Of a DNA stretch of 64,000 nt, positions 45,241-64,000 are shown piece after piece. The notes below the pieces were generated by a model, which was not told the DNA's origin, searched no databases, and was given only the letters and a program-made list of their open reading frames with translations. Positions within the stretch are counted from its first letter, which is position 1, and the number at the start of each line of letters is the position of its first letter. The stretch comes from Amoebidium appalachense (taxonomy: Eukaryota > Protista > Ichthyosporea): contig CAVNZM010000015.1 in NCBI GenBank assembly GCA_963693365.1, positions 310,001-374,000 on the forward strand. Reading direction: 5' to 3'. Both the position numbers and the translations under genes were made by a program.

Positions 45241-46401
45241 TGTGTGTGTGTTGGGTATGGGTGTCCCTGTGCAGTTGGGGTGTGGGTATGTGGTTGGGGT
45301 GGAGGTGGAGGTGGGTGTGGGTGGGTGGTGTGTGAGAGCAAGTGTGCGTGCCACATGTGTTTGTGTCTACATGCATGGCCTGTGTGTGTGTGCCTAGGTG
45401 CATGTGCCTGTATTGCTGTATGCACCTTTGTGCTGCACGTGTATGCACATGCCAATACGTGCACCCATGTCTGCGCCTAGCAACCGCCAATAATGCAAGT
45501 AGAGATGTGCAAGACACATTTACCCTACTCGAGTATCATATTTGTTTACGAGTAAAAGGGTTGTTAATCGTATCTGACGCGGGTAGATATAAGGGAATGA
45601 TTGTCAACATTTAAAACGGATTTTTTTTGATTGCATGATGCTTGGCACACGACATTTAGAATGCACATCTGATAGCTCTGGATTTTTAGAAGTTTACAGT
45701 GGAACCACAAAATGCTATATGTTGCCCGCATGAGCAATAGAGTCTGAGACCAATATCAAAGCACGATACTTGCACACGTGTAGGTGCTAGGGCAACATAT
45801 TTGCAGGCACATGCAATTGCAACCACGTGTGCACGTGCACCTTGTGTTGCATAAACAGGTGTGTTCATCCAATCAGCACATCATCATCTGATCCGTCTTA
45901 ACCAATCAGAATCAGGTAGGCGAGGTGTTCTATTCAAGTGCCGTGGACATGTCTAGGCGGGTGGGTGAGGCCTTCCCCACTTTGTGGCCAGGTTTTCAAC
46001 CCCGCCCCCTCCTTCCCCCCCCCCCCCCCCCCCCCCCCTCCCCCCTTTCCCCCCCAAAAAGAAAAGGAAACAACAACGAAAAAAGAAAGGAAAAAAAAGG
46101 ACAAAAAAGGAGTGCAGCACACATCACTCTAGAACATTCAAGCGTGTGTCTAACCAACAAACGGCTCTGACGAGCATCCCAATGATGATCCCAGTGTCAT
46201 TGCAGGGCGCGGGTTGGAATGTTGATTTCTGGCTGTGATTGGTGAACGGTATCCAATGATATGCAAGCATTCGCTGCTGGGCACATGTACGTCAACTTAT
46301 TGATACACGCTCATATGCACATACGCGCCCACATGAATGCACACATGCACAAGCGCATGTGCACACACACACACAGGCACACACACACACCGCGCGTGCG
46401 C

Positions 46402-46486
<85 letters not shown>

Positions 46487-46698
46487 CAAGGAGGCAGGCC
46501 TCATGATTGCGTATGAGCCGTCTGTTGCTGTAGCTGGTGACATCATTATAAGGTTCTACGACATAGCGCAGGTACGTAGGTGTTGTCTTGTTGAAATGTT
46601 GGGTCGATTACGTGGTTTGAGAGAAACGGCAGGGCAGCTTTCCAGAACTACCTGTAGAGCCTTAGAGCCTGCGAATGGTAGATCCACCCAAGTGCGAG

Positions 46699-46745
<47 letters not shown>

Positions 46746-47389
46746 TGTGTGTGTGTGCGTGCGCACGTGTGTGTGTGTGTGCACGTGCGTGCCTGTGCAC
46801 GTGTGCGTGCATGTGCTCGCATGAGTGCGTCCCTGCGCGTGCGTATGTGTGATAATACTCCGTTTGAATTGATTTGTATGTTAATCCTCGCCTTGAAGAT
46901 GTTTTATGGAGAAAAGACGTACGTGCAAGTTGCAACCGCCCTCAGCTGATTCACCAGAGCACTGCATTGATGAAATAGAGAATTACTGAAAGTCCCTGTG
47001 TCTTATTGGTGCAATATCACGCAGGGCTGGCTGGGGCTTGGGCTTGGCAGTGAAGAGCCTCGGCAGGACTTATTGTGGCGATTTCAGGTAACATTTAATC
47101 AGATTTTGCTCCTCATTGCCATTTATAGCTGTGGAAGAGGGGCTCTATTGCCGGTGTCTTGCGCTTGCGCAGCCAGTTAATCTCCTTTGCAATTGCTCTA
47201 ATGCCTTCCCCCCCCCCCCCCCCCCCCTCTCTCCCCGTCCCCTCCCTGTTTTGATTTCTTGAAGAGAGGTTTCCCATCCAAACTTCAAAAAGAACTTCTT
47301 GAAACACAAGGCAATGCTAAACCACCCACAGCCTCCAACCTTGCTAACCCAAGCGCACGCAGTCTGACACACACAGAAACGCATACACG

Positions 47390-47442
<53 letters not shown>

Positions 47443-48033
47443 ACACACGCACACACACACACACACAATACCCTCCACAGCTCAACACTCGTTTTGTGAC
47501 TCTAGGCGTCCCAATGGTTTTCCAAAAAGCCGACATTGATGATGCGGTAATGCTGCCATGCCCCCCCCCCCCCCCCCCCCCCCCCATCTAGAAAGTCGGA
47601 ATCCACGGATTTCAAACAGTCGGGGAAGGGCGGAGAGGACGAGAACGTAAAGTGGACAACCTTAACTGAAGGGAGGGGGGGGGGGGGATAAGGGAACAGT
47701 GAAGCTGTTTGTGTGTGTGTGTTTTTTTTTTTTGGGGGGGGGGGGGGGGTGCGTGTGTGTTTGTGTGTGTGTGTGTGGTTTTTTTATGGGGGGGGTGGGA
47801 TGGGGGGGTGAGGAGGGATAGGGTTTTTTCTTTTCGTTTCTTTCCTTTTGTTGTTCTCCCCTCTGCCCCCCTCCCTGTTTCCCTTTCTTTTTACCATTCG
47901 AGTCATTGAGGTCTTATTCCAGACAACCATCGTTTGGGTGGGTACCAGCCCCACCTTGAATGTAGGGATCAGAGGTGATTGCATGATATTCTCTTGTAAC
48001 CAAAAAAAGACAGGACAAATTATGTACATAGCA

Positions 48034-48089
<56 letters not shown>

Positions 48090-48366
48090 TCCCAGCGCAG
48101 GGGTCCGCCTGAGGATGGGTTCTGCGTATGTTGCATACTGCGGACGTTGCTAGCTGATGTGGCATGCTTTTTGTTTGCATTTGCTTGTGTTCGACACTAT
48201 GTTTTACATCGTGTATTGTACTTATCACATTGTTCCGTGTTCCGCATTCGACCCCCCATTCTACCCCCCCCCCCCCCCCCCCCCTCCTCCTCCCCCATCC
48301 TCCCTCCTCTTCCCCAGGCCCAGTACATGTATCTATACATTCACGTCACACACACAGACGCTGACA

Positions 48367-48409
<43 letters not shown>

Positions 48410-48594
48410 AAACAAAAAAACAAAAAAAAAAAACACACACACAAACCCACCCACCCACCCATCCACCCACCCACCCACCCACACATGACACATGTACACA
48501 CCCACAGCACGATGACCGGTTCTTAAATGGGAATACTTTCCGGGTCGAGCTCTTTTTTGAGGTCCCCCCCAGTGGAGATGTGACCTCCACCTGA
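38900..48594 (+). CDS. PTEN-like (tensin-type) phosphatase with C2 domain, 13 exons
   Basis: Phase-consistent exons 38900-38956, 40410-40502, 41165-41233, 42302-42359, 42868-42949, 43547-43715, 44396-44488, 45041-45151, 45916-45964, 46486-46571, 47025-47087, 47481-47546, 48508-48594. Motifs [110 protein letters not shown]. Confidence 0.93.
41800..42000 (+). repeat. Longest copy of a dispersed ~200-bp intronic repeat family (GTCGAAAC...CTGAGGATGGGCTCTG...GCATTC-polyC)
   Basis: Aligns by eye with the reverse complement of 15445-15632. Partial copies at 3924-4036, 7790-7865, 9379-9505, 15646-15740, 42175-42286, 48105-48255, 62256-62340, 63870-63972. Confidence 0.8.
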
Positions 48595-50009
48595 TCAGTC
48601 ACAAGAATGCGCGCTTCTTTAGGATGTTCCCCGCTACCTTCAAAACCCGACGGTCCACTTTGCCCACTGGTGAACTTTGGCATTTCCCAGGCACACCTGC
48701 ACGCGTGCACCTGTCTCCTATGTATTTGTAGACACAAATTCTTCCTTACTGTATTCGATTTGGATGTCTGTGCTACCCCAGGCACCATGCCCTATTGGCA
48801 CACACTCTCACCACAAACACGGGCAAACAAGCAGCCCCCCCTCCCCTCCCCCTCTTTCCCCACGTGCACTCATGCTTGTGCACACATGTTTGCACCAAGA
48901 TAGGAATAGAAAATGCATGAAGGACACATAATTCCTCTAATTTTAGTGTGCATATAGGTGGCCAGCAAGGCCTGTTTCTTGTGTCTGGATGTCGCTACGA
49001 CCCCTGCCTTCCTCTGTAGTTATGAAAGCGGTTTATGCATGTACAGTACACACCAGACTACATACATCACTGGAGTATGTAAATAAATTCATAATGAATG
49101 CACAGGTTCGAGAATAAGAAGAAGACAGATGTTGTGTTGGATGTACATCCTGCCTTACATACACAAATACATACTCTGAGATTTTTTGTTTCCGTACAAA
49201 GAGACATGTGAATTTATTTGTCACAGACCACTGCTTCGTTGCAAGGATGGAAGAGGAGGAGCCTATTCGGATAAAACCACATTACCATTACAAGTTGAGC
49301 CATTCAATGTGCATGCTTTGTTTCACTCACTTATTTCATTCACTTGCGCAAGGTATTCTAAGATTACCTCTGCATTATTCAATTTGAAGTCACTCACTAT
49401 ACACATATAGGTGTAAATACACGGAATAGACTCACGTTATGTGCATTCTTCAGCAAACCACCACAAGTCTGCATTTCCCTTAGAGTTACTTATTTATGTG
49501 CACATTTTCTGCCTGTCCAGTCCAGTGCAACCAAAAGGCACTTACGTAAAAGGATAAAAGGCACACAGAGATATTCAAACAACTACATCCCTCCCTCCCC
49601 CCCTCCCCTCCTCCCCCATACTCAGTCGCCTGCCCTTTTACGCACAAGCTACTCGAAAAAGCATGCGGGCATCTCGCGAAATCCACAGCATCGCATTAGC
49701 GGCGACGCAGAGTCCACAGGTCATATGCAGAGAGGTGCCACAACCAACTGTGTGGAAAAGGTGGGGGGTGAGACAGTATGCGCACACACGAACACGAAAG
49801 CATACACATCACAAACACGAGACGATATTTGAACAGAGCCCATCATCAGACGGGGAAAAATAGAAAGGACCAGTGGAAACCTCGGGACCATAGGCCGATA
49901 TGCCAAGCGTTGGTTGTGCATGCGCTGAGGCAGCAGAACAAACCCTGATTTCACAGCCTAAGGACGAGGATCGCACATGGAAATAATGGATGCGCGTCAG
50001 ACAACATTC

Positions 50010-50335
50010 CGCCCCTACGACAAGTACCGACCACCCCAGCAAGAAGGCGCCACCCTGACTAGGGGGAAAATGGGCCCGCGCACAAGGCCGCTACGACAAG
50101 TACCGGAACCTCCACCACGAGGGCTTTGGCACCACCTTGGCTACGCGGGAAGAAGAAAGCAATGAAAAGGAAACAGAAAGAATTGGTGCGTTACAGACGA
50201 CCTTCCGCGCCCACGAAAAGTACCGACCACCTCCGCCACGTAGGCTTTGGCGCCACCCTGACTAGGGGCAAAATGGGCCCGCGCACAAGACCGCTACACC
50301 AAGTACCGGAACCTCCACCACACGGGTTTTGGCTG
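50010..50335 (+). repeat. Local duplication of ~110-125 bp with an internal AAGTACCG...CCACC subrepeat
   Basis: GGCGCCACCCTGACTAGGGG.AAAATGGGCCCGCGCACAAG.CCGCTAC..CAAGTACCGGAACCTCCACCAC at ~50047 and ~50249. Confidence 0.85.
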
Positions 50336-51109
50336 GGATGGTGAAAGGATAACAAAAAGGAAAGTATTAAACAACGGCACAAAACCATTTCACTCCCCCC
50401 ACCCACCTGTTTGTGTAACCTGGCAGCACTCTCTCACGTGTCAAAGAGCCGTTTTTATGATGGCGTTGCAGTAAGCTTTGCTGTGGCATGTCGTTCAATC
50501 ATCATCGGTCAGTTTCACCTCCATCGTCAAGTATCGTCAACTAGCAGTGCCATGACCGACCCTTGTGCTATCTGCATGAAATGTTGTTACAAGCTTGTTC
50601 AGAAGCCGAGCAAAAAGGCCACTGGTTTCTCCTTCCCGTCTCAGTCTGTTGGGAAAGAGTAAGACAGACATGGGGCAAACAAAGGGTAGAATGCTACACT
50701 GCACCCCAGCACACCTATTTACGTATGGATGTAGAGTTCCCGACTGCCCGTGCCCGTGCAGATCTTGGATGGTCACTGCGGTTTCTTGACCTTTCATATG
50801 CACACATCAAAATGCTTCTTCCACGGAGTGAAAACCCAACCACAAGCGCAAAACCAACCTGAGCGTCAAGAACTTCATGCTCAGGCTTCATGGTGTCTTT
50901 CGGTAACCTGAGCGACATCTCCAACGCCCATGTAGGTTTCAGACATTTTTTCTTCCGAGTGCGTGTGCTCTTGGCAGAAGGCTGGAAAGAGGTGAGAAAT
51001 GCTCCCGCGTCTCAGACAAAAAGGATGTTTTGTTTGACGGTTTGTTTTTTTATTGTGTGTACTTGAGGACTGACGGTGTGATGGAATGAGCATGAATTCG
51101 CTTGCTGTA

Positions 51110-51600
51110 CGCCGATTCTGATTGGTGTGACCCGATTGAATTAATAGAAATTCAAAAGTAGCCAAATTTGTCTATTTTATAACGTGATTCACTTCCTGAT
51201 TGGTTCAGGCAGGATTACGTAATTTCCTTCCGATCGCTAATTTCGGTTCGGGTTAAAAAGTGCGTTGAGCTTCTGGAATGTTGAGATTTTATAAAGAGGC
51301 GCATCCGACTGAATCCGCCTAGGTCTTCGCCAATCGACCTTCGCGCTAATAGTGTAGCACCCCTGTAAACGCGGCTTAAAAGGTGAACAAAGTCTCTGCC
51401 GATTACTCTTATTATTAAAATAAAAATCTGCGATTTGCAAAACTTTCTGCCGGAAGGAAAAAGTTTCCTACTACATGGAACCAATCCGACCCGAAACTCC
51501 AGCGCCGAACTTCACGGCAACACCAATCAGATCATTATCTTGATTTCTTGAATAGACATATTTGGTTAAAACAGACGTAATGTTTGCTGATTGGCTCCGT
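51110..51600. promoter_or_regulatory. CCAAT-rich promoter-like island without an identified gene
   Basis: GATTGG at ~51120, 51198 and 51589; CCAATC at ~51330, 51481 and 51523; all in repeat-free DNA. Confidence 0.35.
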
Positions 51601-52536
51601 ATAGCTGAGTAAGCGAAATCATGCTGATGGAATGTCGGTGAGTAAGTCATCGTGATTGTGCAATAATCATAATACAAGAATTCTGGAACACGTTACACCA
51701 GTTTGGAAATGCTCTGCTCTCCGCCAAGGAGAGAGCCTGGCAGCCTGCCGGCAGGCCTCTCCCCTCGAGCTAGCGTCTTTGTCTTTTCGGTCAAGGCCTA
51801 GGCCTACTCAGCCTGAGGCCTTGCTCACGGTCCAAGGACGACAGTGTGTATTCTGAGGCCTTGCAAGTTGCCACCAAATCCATTCAGCTTGGCTATGTAT
51901 GTACTGAAGTCACGTTTCAAATCCCCATCGACTCAATAACACACGTAAAAAGTTAGATATCGATGGTGTTCCTTCAGGATAAGATATGCACATATCTTCG
52001 CTTATGTGAGCGGGCGGCATGCTCGCTGCGCTCAGCTCAGTACAGGAAGGGCGTCTTGTCTGCAAGGTCACTGCTATTGTGTCATTCCGCAGGGTGGCAC
52101 CGATCATGTGTTTACCTCATGGCCTCAGCTGAATGTTCCGAGTCTTCGTTGTTTAAAATGGTGCACAGGTATACGCACACACCGAAGGCATATACACATA
52201 GTGTGTTGCAAGTTGTTTGTGTACGTCCTCCCCCCCCCCCCCCCCCCCCCCCCCCGGCCCCTAACCCATCACCCCCCCCCCCCCCCCGGGCCCTTCCCCC
52301 TCAAACACGCACAAGCAAACCCCTGTGTCCCCCCCCAGTTGAAAATGTGAGCCAAAAGGTCACACACACACACACACACACACCCACACACACACTCTCT
52401 CTCTCTCCCGCCCCCTCTCTCCCCTCCCCCCCCCCCTCCCCCTCTCCCCCAGTCTCTCTCCCTCTCCCCTACCTCTTACACCTCTCTCCCCTCCCTCCCC
52501 CCCCACCCCATCCCTCCCCCTTCCCCCCCTTTATCT

Positions 52537-52910
<374 letters not shown>

Positions 52911-53009
52911 CCAGCCCCCCTTCCTTTCCTTGTAGAGTAACTCTCTTTCTCTCTCTCGCTCTCCCTGTCTCTCCCCCTCTCTCTGTGACAGCCCACTCCG
53001 CTCTCTGCC

Positions 53010-53041
<32 letters not shown>

Positions 53042-53818
53042 CCCCTTCCTCCCCTCCCCCTTACTCTCTCCCTCTGTCTCCCTTCCTCCCCCTCCCCCTT
53101 TCTCTCTTCTTTCTCTCAGACACACGAATTAATTAATAAGCAAATGCACAGAGCAGCACAACAGGGACGCACAAGTTCAACCAGGCTAGTGCTGTCCCTA
53201 TCAATGTGCACCCACAAAGGCATGGTTTTACGCAAGTTACAGTGCCACGCGTGCACATACACACACCGGGACACATACTATGAAACTGTTCACACGCATG
53301 CACGTCACGCACACGTGCTGCACACACACACACAAAAAAAAGCCTTCCCCTGACAGTTGCCGTACGCGTGGGTGCAAACACATCGTCGACACAAACACAA
53401 ACTCAAAAACACACGCACATACACAGCAAGCACGCATGCATGGCTTAGCGTGCTCGTGCACCTCCCACCCCCCCACCCGCGCCACTCCCCGAGCAGCTCA
53501 ACGACTCTACACCGTCTTTGATTTCTGCTCTCGATGTCCCAATGTATGCCATCCACCGTTACGCTGATCATTCTGCAAGGCTGCCTCCCCCCCCCCCCCC
53601 CCCCCTCCTCCCCCTCTCCCCCCCGGGCCCCCTTTTGCCCTTCTAGAGAACAATGAAAAGGAACAGCCAGATTCAACGCTAAGTTTGCACAAAGTCTAGA
53701 TCTTGTAAATCTAATTAGACCTGCACCAGAATATGTGGACTGGTTCACAAACTGATGATGATGAATTAGGAGATTTAATAATCTAAGAAGACACATCCGT
53801 AGTCAACACTACTAATTA

Positions 53819-53858
<40 letters not shown>

Positions 53859-55172
53859 CTTGACGCACACACACACACACGCTCCTGATAACCGTCACCA
53901 CCACCCCACCCCCTTGCCATTTACCACCCCACCACCACCACGTGCACAACCATCAAACACACCAAAGCGTGCTGAACAGCTTGGCCATAAAAAAATAATA
54001 AAAAAATAATAAAAAAAGTGTGCGCGCGTGGTGTGTGTGTTTGTGTGTATACATATGTTTGAGTGTGTGTGTGAGAGAGAGTGCACTGTGAAAGGTAGAT
54101 TCCTTGATCGGTAGCTGGCCATTGGGAATGGAGAGGGAAGGGGAGGGGAGGGGAGGGAGGGGGGGGGGGGGGGAGGAGGAGGATAGGGGAAGGGGGTGGG
54201 GGAGGGGAAGGGAAGGGGGGGAGGGGGGAATGGAGGGAGGGGAGGGGAGGGGGGTCAGTTTGGTATAGTCTCAGGACCTTAATAAACATTGGAGTCACGG
54301 CAAGCTACATACGATCATGCCCTGATGCGAAGGTGCATCGGTTTTAGATTCTATTGAACACCAACAAACACCGGTATTGAACACTTTTTTGCTAATTCCG
54401 AGTGGTTGTGCCGTGAGCCCAAGGTCTTTCGAAAGGGACGTACACTGCCCCGGCAACTTACTTGTACTAAATGAAATGCCATGTGGACTTTAGTTTGGAG
54501 AACGAGAAGGGACGTATATCAGAAAAGCAAACCATATTTTCTTCATGTGTTATATTGTGTCCCTGCCAAGGGGACGCGCAGAACCAAGAAATTGCTAGTA
54601 TACATACAATACAGCATTACCCTTGGTCAACTTGCAATTGTATCACATGTGGGGTCACTGAGGACGGGGCTACTTAGCCTAGCAAGGCTTGGCCATAATG
54701 CATGTGAAGTAAATTAGTGGGCCCAAAAAACAGTATTGCCTCGAAGAAAACACTTCGCATTCTATAAGTCACGCAGGTCACATAATAATAATGATACAAT
54801 TCAGCAAGTGCCGTACACCTTTTGGCATCTCAGACGTATACACCTGTTACAGTACAAACCTACGTGTGTACACAATATAGACATGTCATAGTATGTGTCT
54901 CACGATGTCTTTGCTGTCTGTGATTTGTGTGCATATGTGTGCATATGTTTTTAAGACTTGCGTGCATGCAACCATACTCGTTCGAAAAAGCAGATTTGGG
55001 TAACTTGCCCTTCATTCATCAAAATACTCAGCACCGAAAAAAAGTCCAGATCTTTCGAAAGGGTATATATAGGCGAGAAGCTCACTGCCCTACATATCAT
55101 ATGACATGTATGATGTGGACCCGCACGCCGATGCATAGAACAAAGCAAAGCGCCTGTTCGCAGCTAAACACG

Positions 55173-55489
55173 TTCGGTTATTAAACTTGCGGCAGTGTTT
55201 TGCCCTCATACGCCTCTGCACTTCTCTTCTCTCCTCCTCCCCCATAACATTGAAATCCAACTCCTTCTCCACAAACTGCGTAGATTCACTGAACGACACT
55301 CGTCGCTTACCCGTTCCATTTGGCGTGTCCGACTCGCTGCTGGTTTCAGAGCCGTTGCTGGTGGCTGAATCTACGCTTGTTACAGACTCCCTCGGAAGGC
55401 TTGCCTGTATAGTGGTGACATGCTCGAACTCGAATCTCTGATCTGTGATGATGTTTTCTGGCCTGGGTTGGTGCCCTCCCTTGAGCATC
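55173..55489 (-). CDS. Large exon of unknown protein (Ser-rich, KRRVSF motif); either the tail of the DUF1336 gene or a separate gene
   Basis: Pyrimidine-rich acceptor (ttccctgcag) then about 105 open codons of non-repetitive sequence: MLKGGHQPRPENIITDQRFEFEHVTTIQ...GKRRVSFSESTQFVEKE...KFNNRT. Candidate linking exons at ~58293-58384 and ~56270-56342. Confidence 0.55.
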
Positions 55490-56352
55490 TGCAGGGAATA
55501 GGGCACCAGGCCGCACGACAACTCAAGGTGCGCCGTGGTTGATACAACTATAAGCACCTGTCTAGGTGAAGTTCACATACACTCTTTGGAAAACAATGGT
55601 GCTTTGATGTAGGGTAGTAATGAGCAGTCATGTGAGTGAGATGGGAGAGCTCGAAATTTGTGTGAGATGGGAGAGCTCGAAATTTCTCATAAATAGATGC
55701 AAGTGAAAAGGCAAGTGCACAATAATGTTTGCCTATAAGCAATATCGCTAAGCTTAATAGAGAGTCTTTCACCGCGTCTTGTCACCCATCGTTACAAAAT
55801 ACACAAACAAGAGAGGAAACAAGAGAGAGAACACTGCGATTCTGTACATATAGTATCGGTGTGATTGTAGGCCTGCGTTTTTGTTCGAGACACTGCCAGA
55901 GTCCAGCAGGCCGCCACGAAAGAGCTCGTGAGCCATTCGGCAAAGTGCGTGCATGACCTTAGGCTAATCATATACTTCCAAAAGTCCTCATTCTGAGTCG
56001 TACTCGTATCACAGTCACTTACTGTGATGTTTGATGGCTGCAAACAGGAACACACTGCTGAGTTCCTGTTAGCTGCTGCTTTATGACACGTAAAATAAAT
56101 AAGACGGCCATATTTTTTAACCTTGCGGGCCACGTTCTAGAGGCAAACTTCACTGTGACTTGAAATAAACATGCAGTTGCAGCAGTTCTGAGTGGCCTAA
56201 CACAACTGATAACAGTGCTGGCACGGATTGGATGAGAGTTTTATTGAGCGGAGGGCAGAGCCGTGCAAACAATGTGCTCGCTTCGAAGCTGCTGGTCCGG
56301 GCCTGCTGGCGGGAGCCGGCGGGCCGTCCGGCAAAAGTTGATCTACATGCCT

Positions 56353-56399
<47 letters not shown>

Positions 56400-56882
56400 C
56401 TCCCTCCCTCCCCGAGGTGCATGGTTCAAGTTGGGCCTTGTAGTGGGGGCTTGAAGCGGTGTGTAGGCCCATCTCAATTAGTATCCTGACTTATTTCAAA
56501 TGACGGTATGACCGGTGTCTACTGTGTTCAAGACGTTAGCTCCCCGAGGCAGTGGCTAGCGCTGGGAGTGAAACGGGATAAATAAAAAATAGAAGTGTTA
56601 ATCTCAGGGTCGTACGGCCCCCAAAAAACCACAATCCTTCTTCTTCTGTGTCCTTCCTTCTTAGCTTTCTACAACTCCGGCCCCTTTATATTTTTCATTT
56701 TTTTCTTATTGATTTATTTTTTTGTTTTTGTGTCTTTCTTTTTTTTCTTCTTGTTCTTTTTCGCTTTCGTCGTTTCTCTTTCTCTTTTCTTTTTTTTCGT
56801 GTGTGTGCGCGCACACACGTGTGTGTGTGTGTGCGTGTGTGTGGTTGTGTGTGTGTGTGTGTGTGTGTGGTTGTGTGTGTGA

Positions 56883-56914
<32 letters not shown>

Positions 56915-56940
56915 GTGGGGGGGGGGGGGGGGGGGAGGGG

Positions 56941-56973
<33 letters not shown>

Positions 56974-57961
56974 TTGGTAATTACTGAATTAACGGTCTAT
57001 CGGTCATCGCCGACTGTATTATTTTAGAGCTCTGGTATGAAGAGCCATGCCTCCAAGTTACACGTCAGCAGTCGAAATGAATGAAAGGAAAAAAGAAGAA
57101 GCCATCCAACACATACCCGTTAAAAAAAAAAAAATTTGCTTTCCGTTCTTTTTCGTCATACATCAACTTGCATTAGGTACATTGTGCATGTGCAACATGA
57201 TTCATGATTACTTTTGAAAACTTAAAGCTCATGATAGGAACACAGGTGACAACAGAGCCTTGGCTCTATAACTGCACCATATATCTCAAATCTACACACT
57301 GGTTTTTGATGCGATACGAGCCAACGATCGAAGCTCTCACACTGGCAGCGATATATATAATATTTCTTTTCAGATTCAAAATGTCAGTGATAGGAACCAA
57401 CACAAAAACACACCCAAGGAACACCCGCCTGTCATTGGATGCTGCTTTCCGATCTTCTAATCTTATTGGCCAACATAATACAGCTAGATTACTTGTCTTG
57501 CTGTTCCCTAAACGTCAAAAGCCCACCAATTGCAGAAAACATTTAAAATCCCAGCAGCGATAAACCAGCAAGCCTACATATCGTTGGCATGCAATTGAGC
57601 ACCCTTACCATTGAGCACCCTTTCACCATTATGAAGAGCCAACCGTAAAACATATGAAGCTCTGAAATGAATCCAGGGAAAAAAAACTCTCGAATGCTGG
57701 TCGTAACCCGAGTAAAAGCCAAAAATTGTGGTAGTAATCCAGGAAACAAACAAACAAACAAACAAAAAAAATTGCTATTCGTAATCCATATACAGCTTTG
57801 TCCACTAGCACCAGCAAAAGGAGAGGCTGTGTGCCATCCACCATACCATACCAGCCTTCGTGCATTGTCGATATCCCGTGTCAGCGCCTATTCAGTGGGG
57901 GCTCCGTGCTTCCAACCTGATGTATATCCCCGTCACCAAAACATTCTCTGCCTGAACGACA

Positions 57962-57994
<33 letters not shown>

Positions 57995-58385
57995 ACACCC
58001 CTCTTTCTTCCAATATCACATGCATCACATACCTTAAGAAACGGTAGTGGTGAAGAATACATGCTGGGTGGCCTTGGTAGGAAAGGGGTGTGTTTCTGTC
58101 TGTGTGTGTGTGTGTGTGTTGTGGGGGGGGGGGGGGGGGGGGGGGACGGGGGAAGAGAATGGAGCGTGGAGAGAGAGGGGGGGGGAGGGGGGGCAGGGAA
58201 GGGAGGGAAACGGGGGGGGGGGGGGGGGAGGGGGGAGGGAGACGCGGGGAGGGGGGGGGGGGGGGGGGGGGGGGGGGAAGGGGGGCACATACGAGCTCTT
58301 TGATGTTGCTTGGTTGCTTGGAGTCCTTTTCATTTCGAGTGGTTGCAAGGCCCTGCCGCGCGCTGCTACTGGTGTCGGTGGTACC

Positions 58386-58510
<125 letters not shown>

Positions 58511-58878
58511 CGTGCGTGCGCATGCGTGCCCGAGTGCGTGTGTGCGTATGTCTCAATGTGCATGTGCAATGTGTGGGTGTCAACACCATGTGTGAAAGGG
58601 GATAGAGGGGGGTGGGGTGGGGGTGGGGGTTGATGGGAATTAATATTAGATGGTGATGGGAGTGGCTACAGGCATGGGTGGGCAAAGGAGCTACCCACGT
58701 GCAGCTGTGTGTGTTGGTGCAGAACCAGTGCCACAAGGATATCTTAGAGTGCTACAGAGGTTCTCTGTGAATCCATCAAATTATATGTCTAAAAAAAGCA
58801 ACCATCCATCTACCCCCCCCCCCCCCCAAAAAAAAAAAAAAAAAAAAGAAGAAGAAGAAGAAAAGAAAAGAAAGAAAG

Positions 58879-58967
<89 letters not shown>

Positions 58968-59418
58968 AAAAAAAAAAATACCATCACCATCACGATAACA
59001 AACACACACCCATCACTCAACAATAAATAGTAAAATATAAAAAGACAGGTTCCGAAAACTCGACAAAAGACTACCATAACCATGCACATTAGCCTTATCG
59101 GCTGGTTGGCAGGTGTGTCCACATGACCGACTACGTTCTTTTCTGTGACTCTCGCTTTCATATGACACTAATGTATCGTGTGCCTCCACAACATATATAA
59201 CTTTAAAGAATCCTCAGGGGTTACCGCATGCAAACCAACATCCCCCCCCCCTCCCCCTCCTTTCCCCAACCTCCTTCTTCCCATCATTCGTTTCCATACA
59301 TCTGAACACTATCCCCCCCCCCTCCCCCCCCCCCCCCCCCCCCCCCCCCCCCACATACACACACACATACTGCAGGCACGTGCACATGCACACACTGAAT
59401 ACAGCACACACGCACACG

Positions 59419-63832
<4,414 letters not shown>

Positions 63833-64000
63833 CTGAAAAGGGGGGGAGGGGGGGGGGAGGGGGGGAGGGAGAATGCGTTACAGAGTAATAAGTACACATT
63901 CATATAGGAAAACATGAATCTGAGTGCAAACCACACGTTGAGTAAGCATAAAAAGCAGAGCCCATCATCAAGTAGGGCAAAGTCTCTCAAAGTACAATAC

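Overview
Eukaryotic DNA, not prokaryotic. It is an intron-dense region whose introns are packed with (GT/CA)n, (GA/CT)n and poly-G/poly-C tracts, so most ORFs in the six-frame track are repeat artefacts. Joining exons by hand at GT/GC-AG sites with phase checks gives these genes: (1) a minus-strand Munc13-4/BAIAP3-like (UNC13D-like) gene running off the left edge (<1-~18478), whose C2A domain carries two tandem C1 zinc fingers; (2) a 13-coding-exon homogentisate 1,2-dioxygenase (HGD, +, 22857-30082); (3) a disabled GH18 chitinase with a Cys-rich C-terminal repeat (+, ~31560-33349); (4) an intronless Flower/CACFD1-like membrane protein (-, 37750-38145) head-to-head with (5) a 13-exon PTEN/tensin-type phosphatase-C2 gene (+, 38900-48594); (6) a DUF1336/EDR2-C-terminal-domain gene (-, entering from the right edge, to ~59522 or further). 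The animal-like gene content and intron density suggest a unicellular holozoan, perhaps an ichthyosporean (inference only). The most notable signals are splice sites built into microsatellites with no U-rich tract, a dispersed intronic repeat that is always sense to its host gene and ends at poly-C, the C1-C1-in-C2 Munc13-4 architecture, and a near-synonymous copy of an exon end in HGD. All family assignments come from motif recognition; no database search was run.
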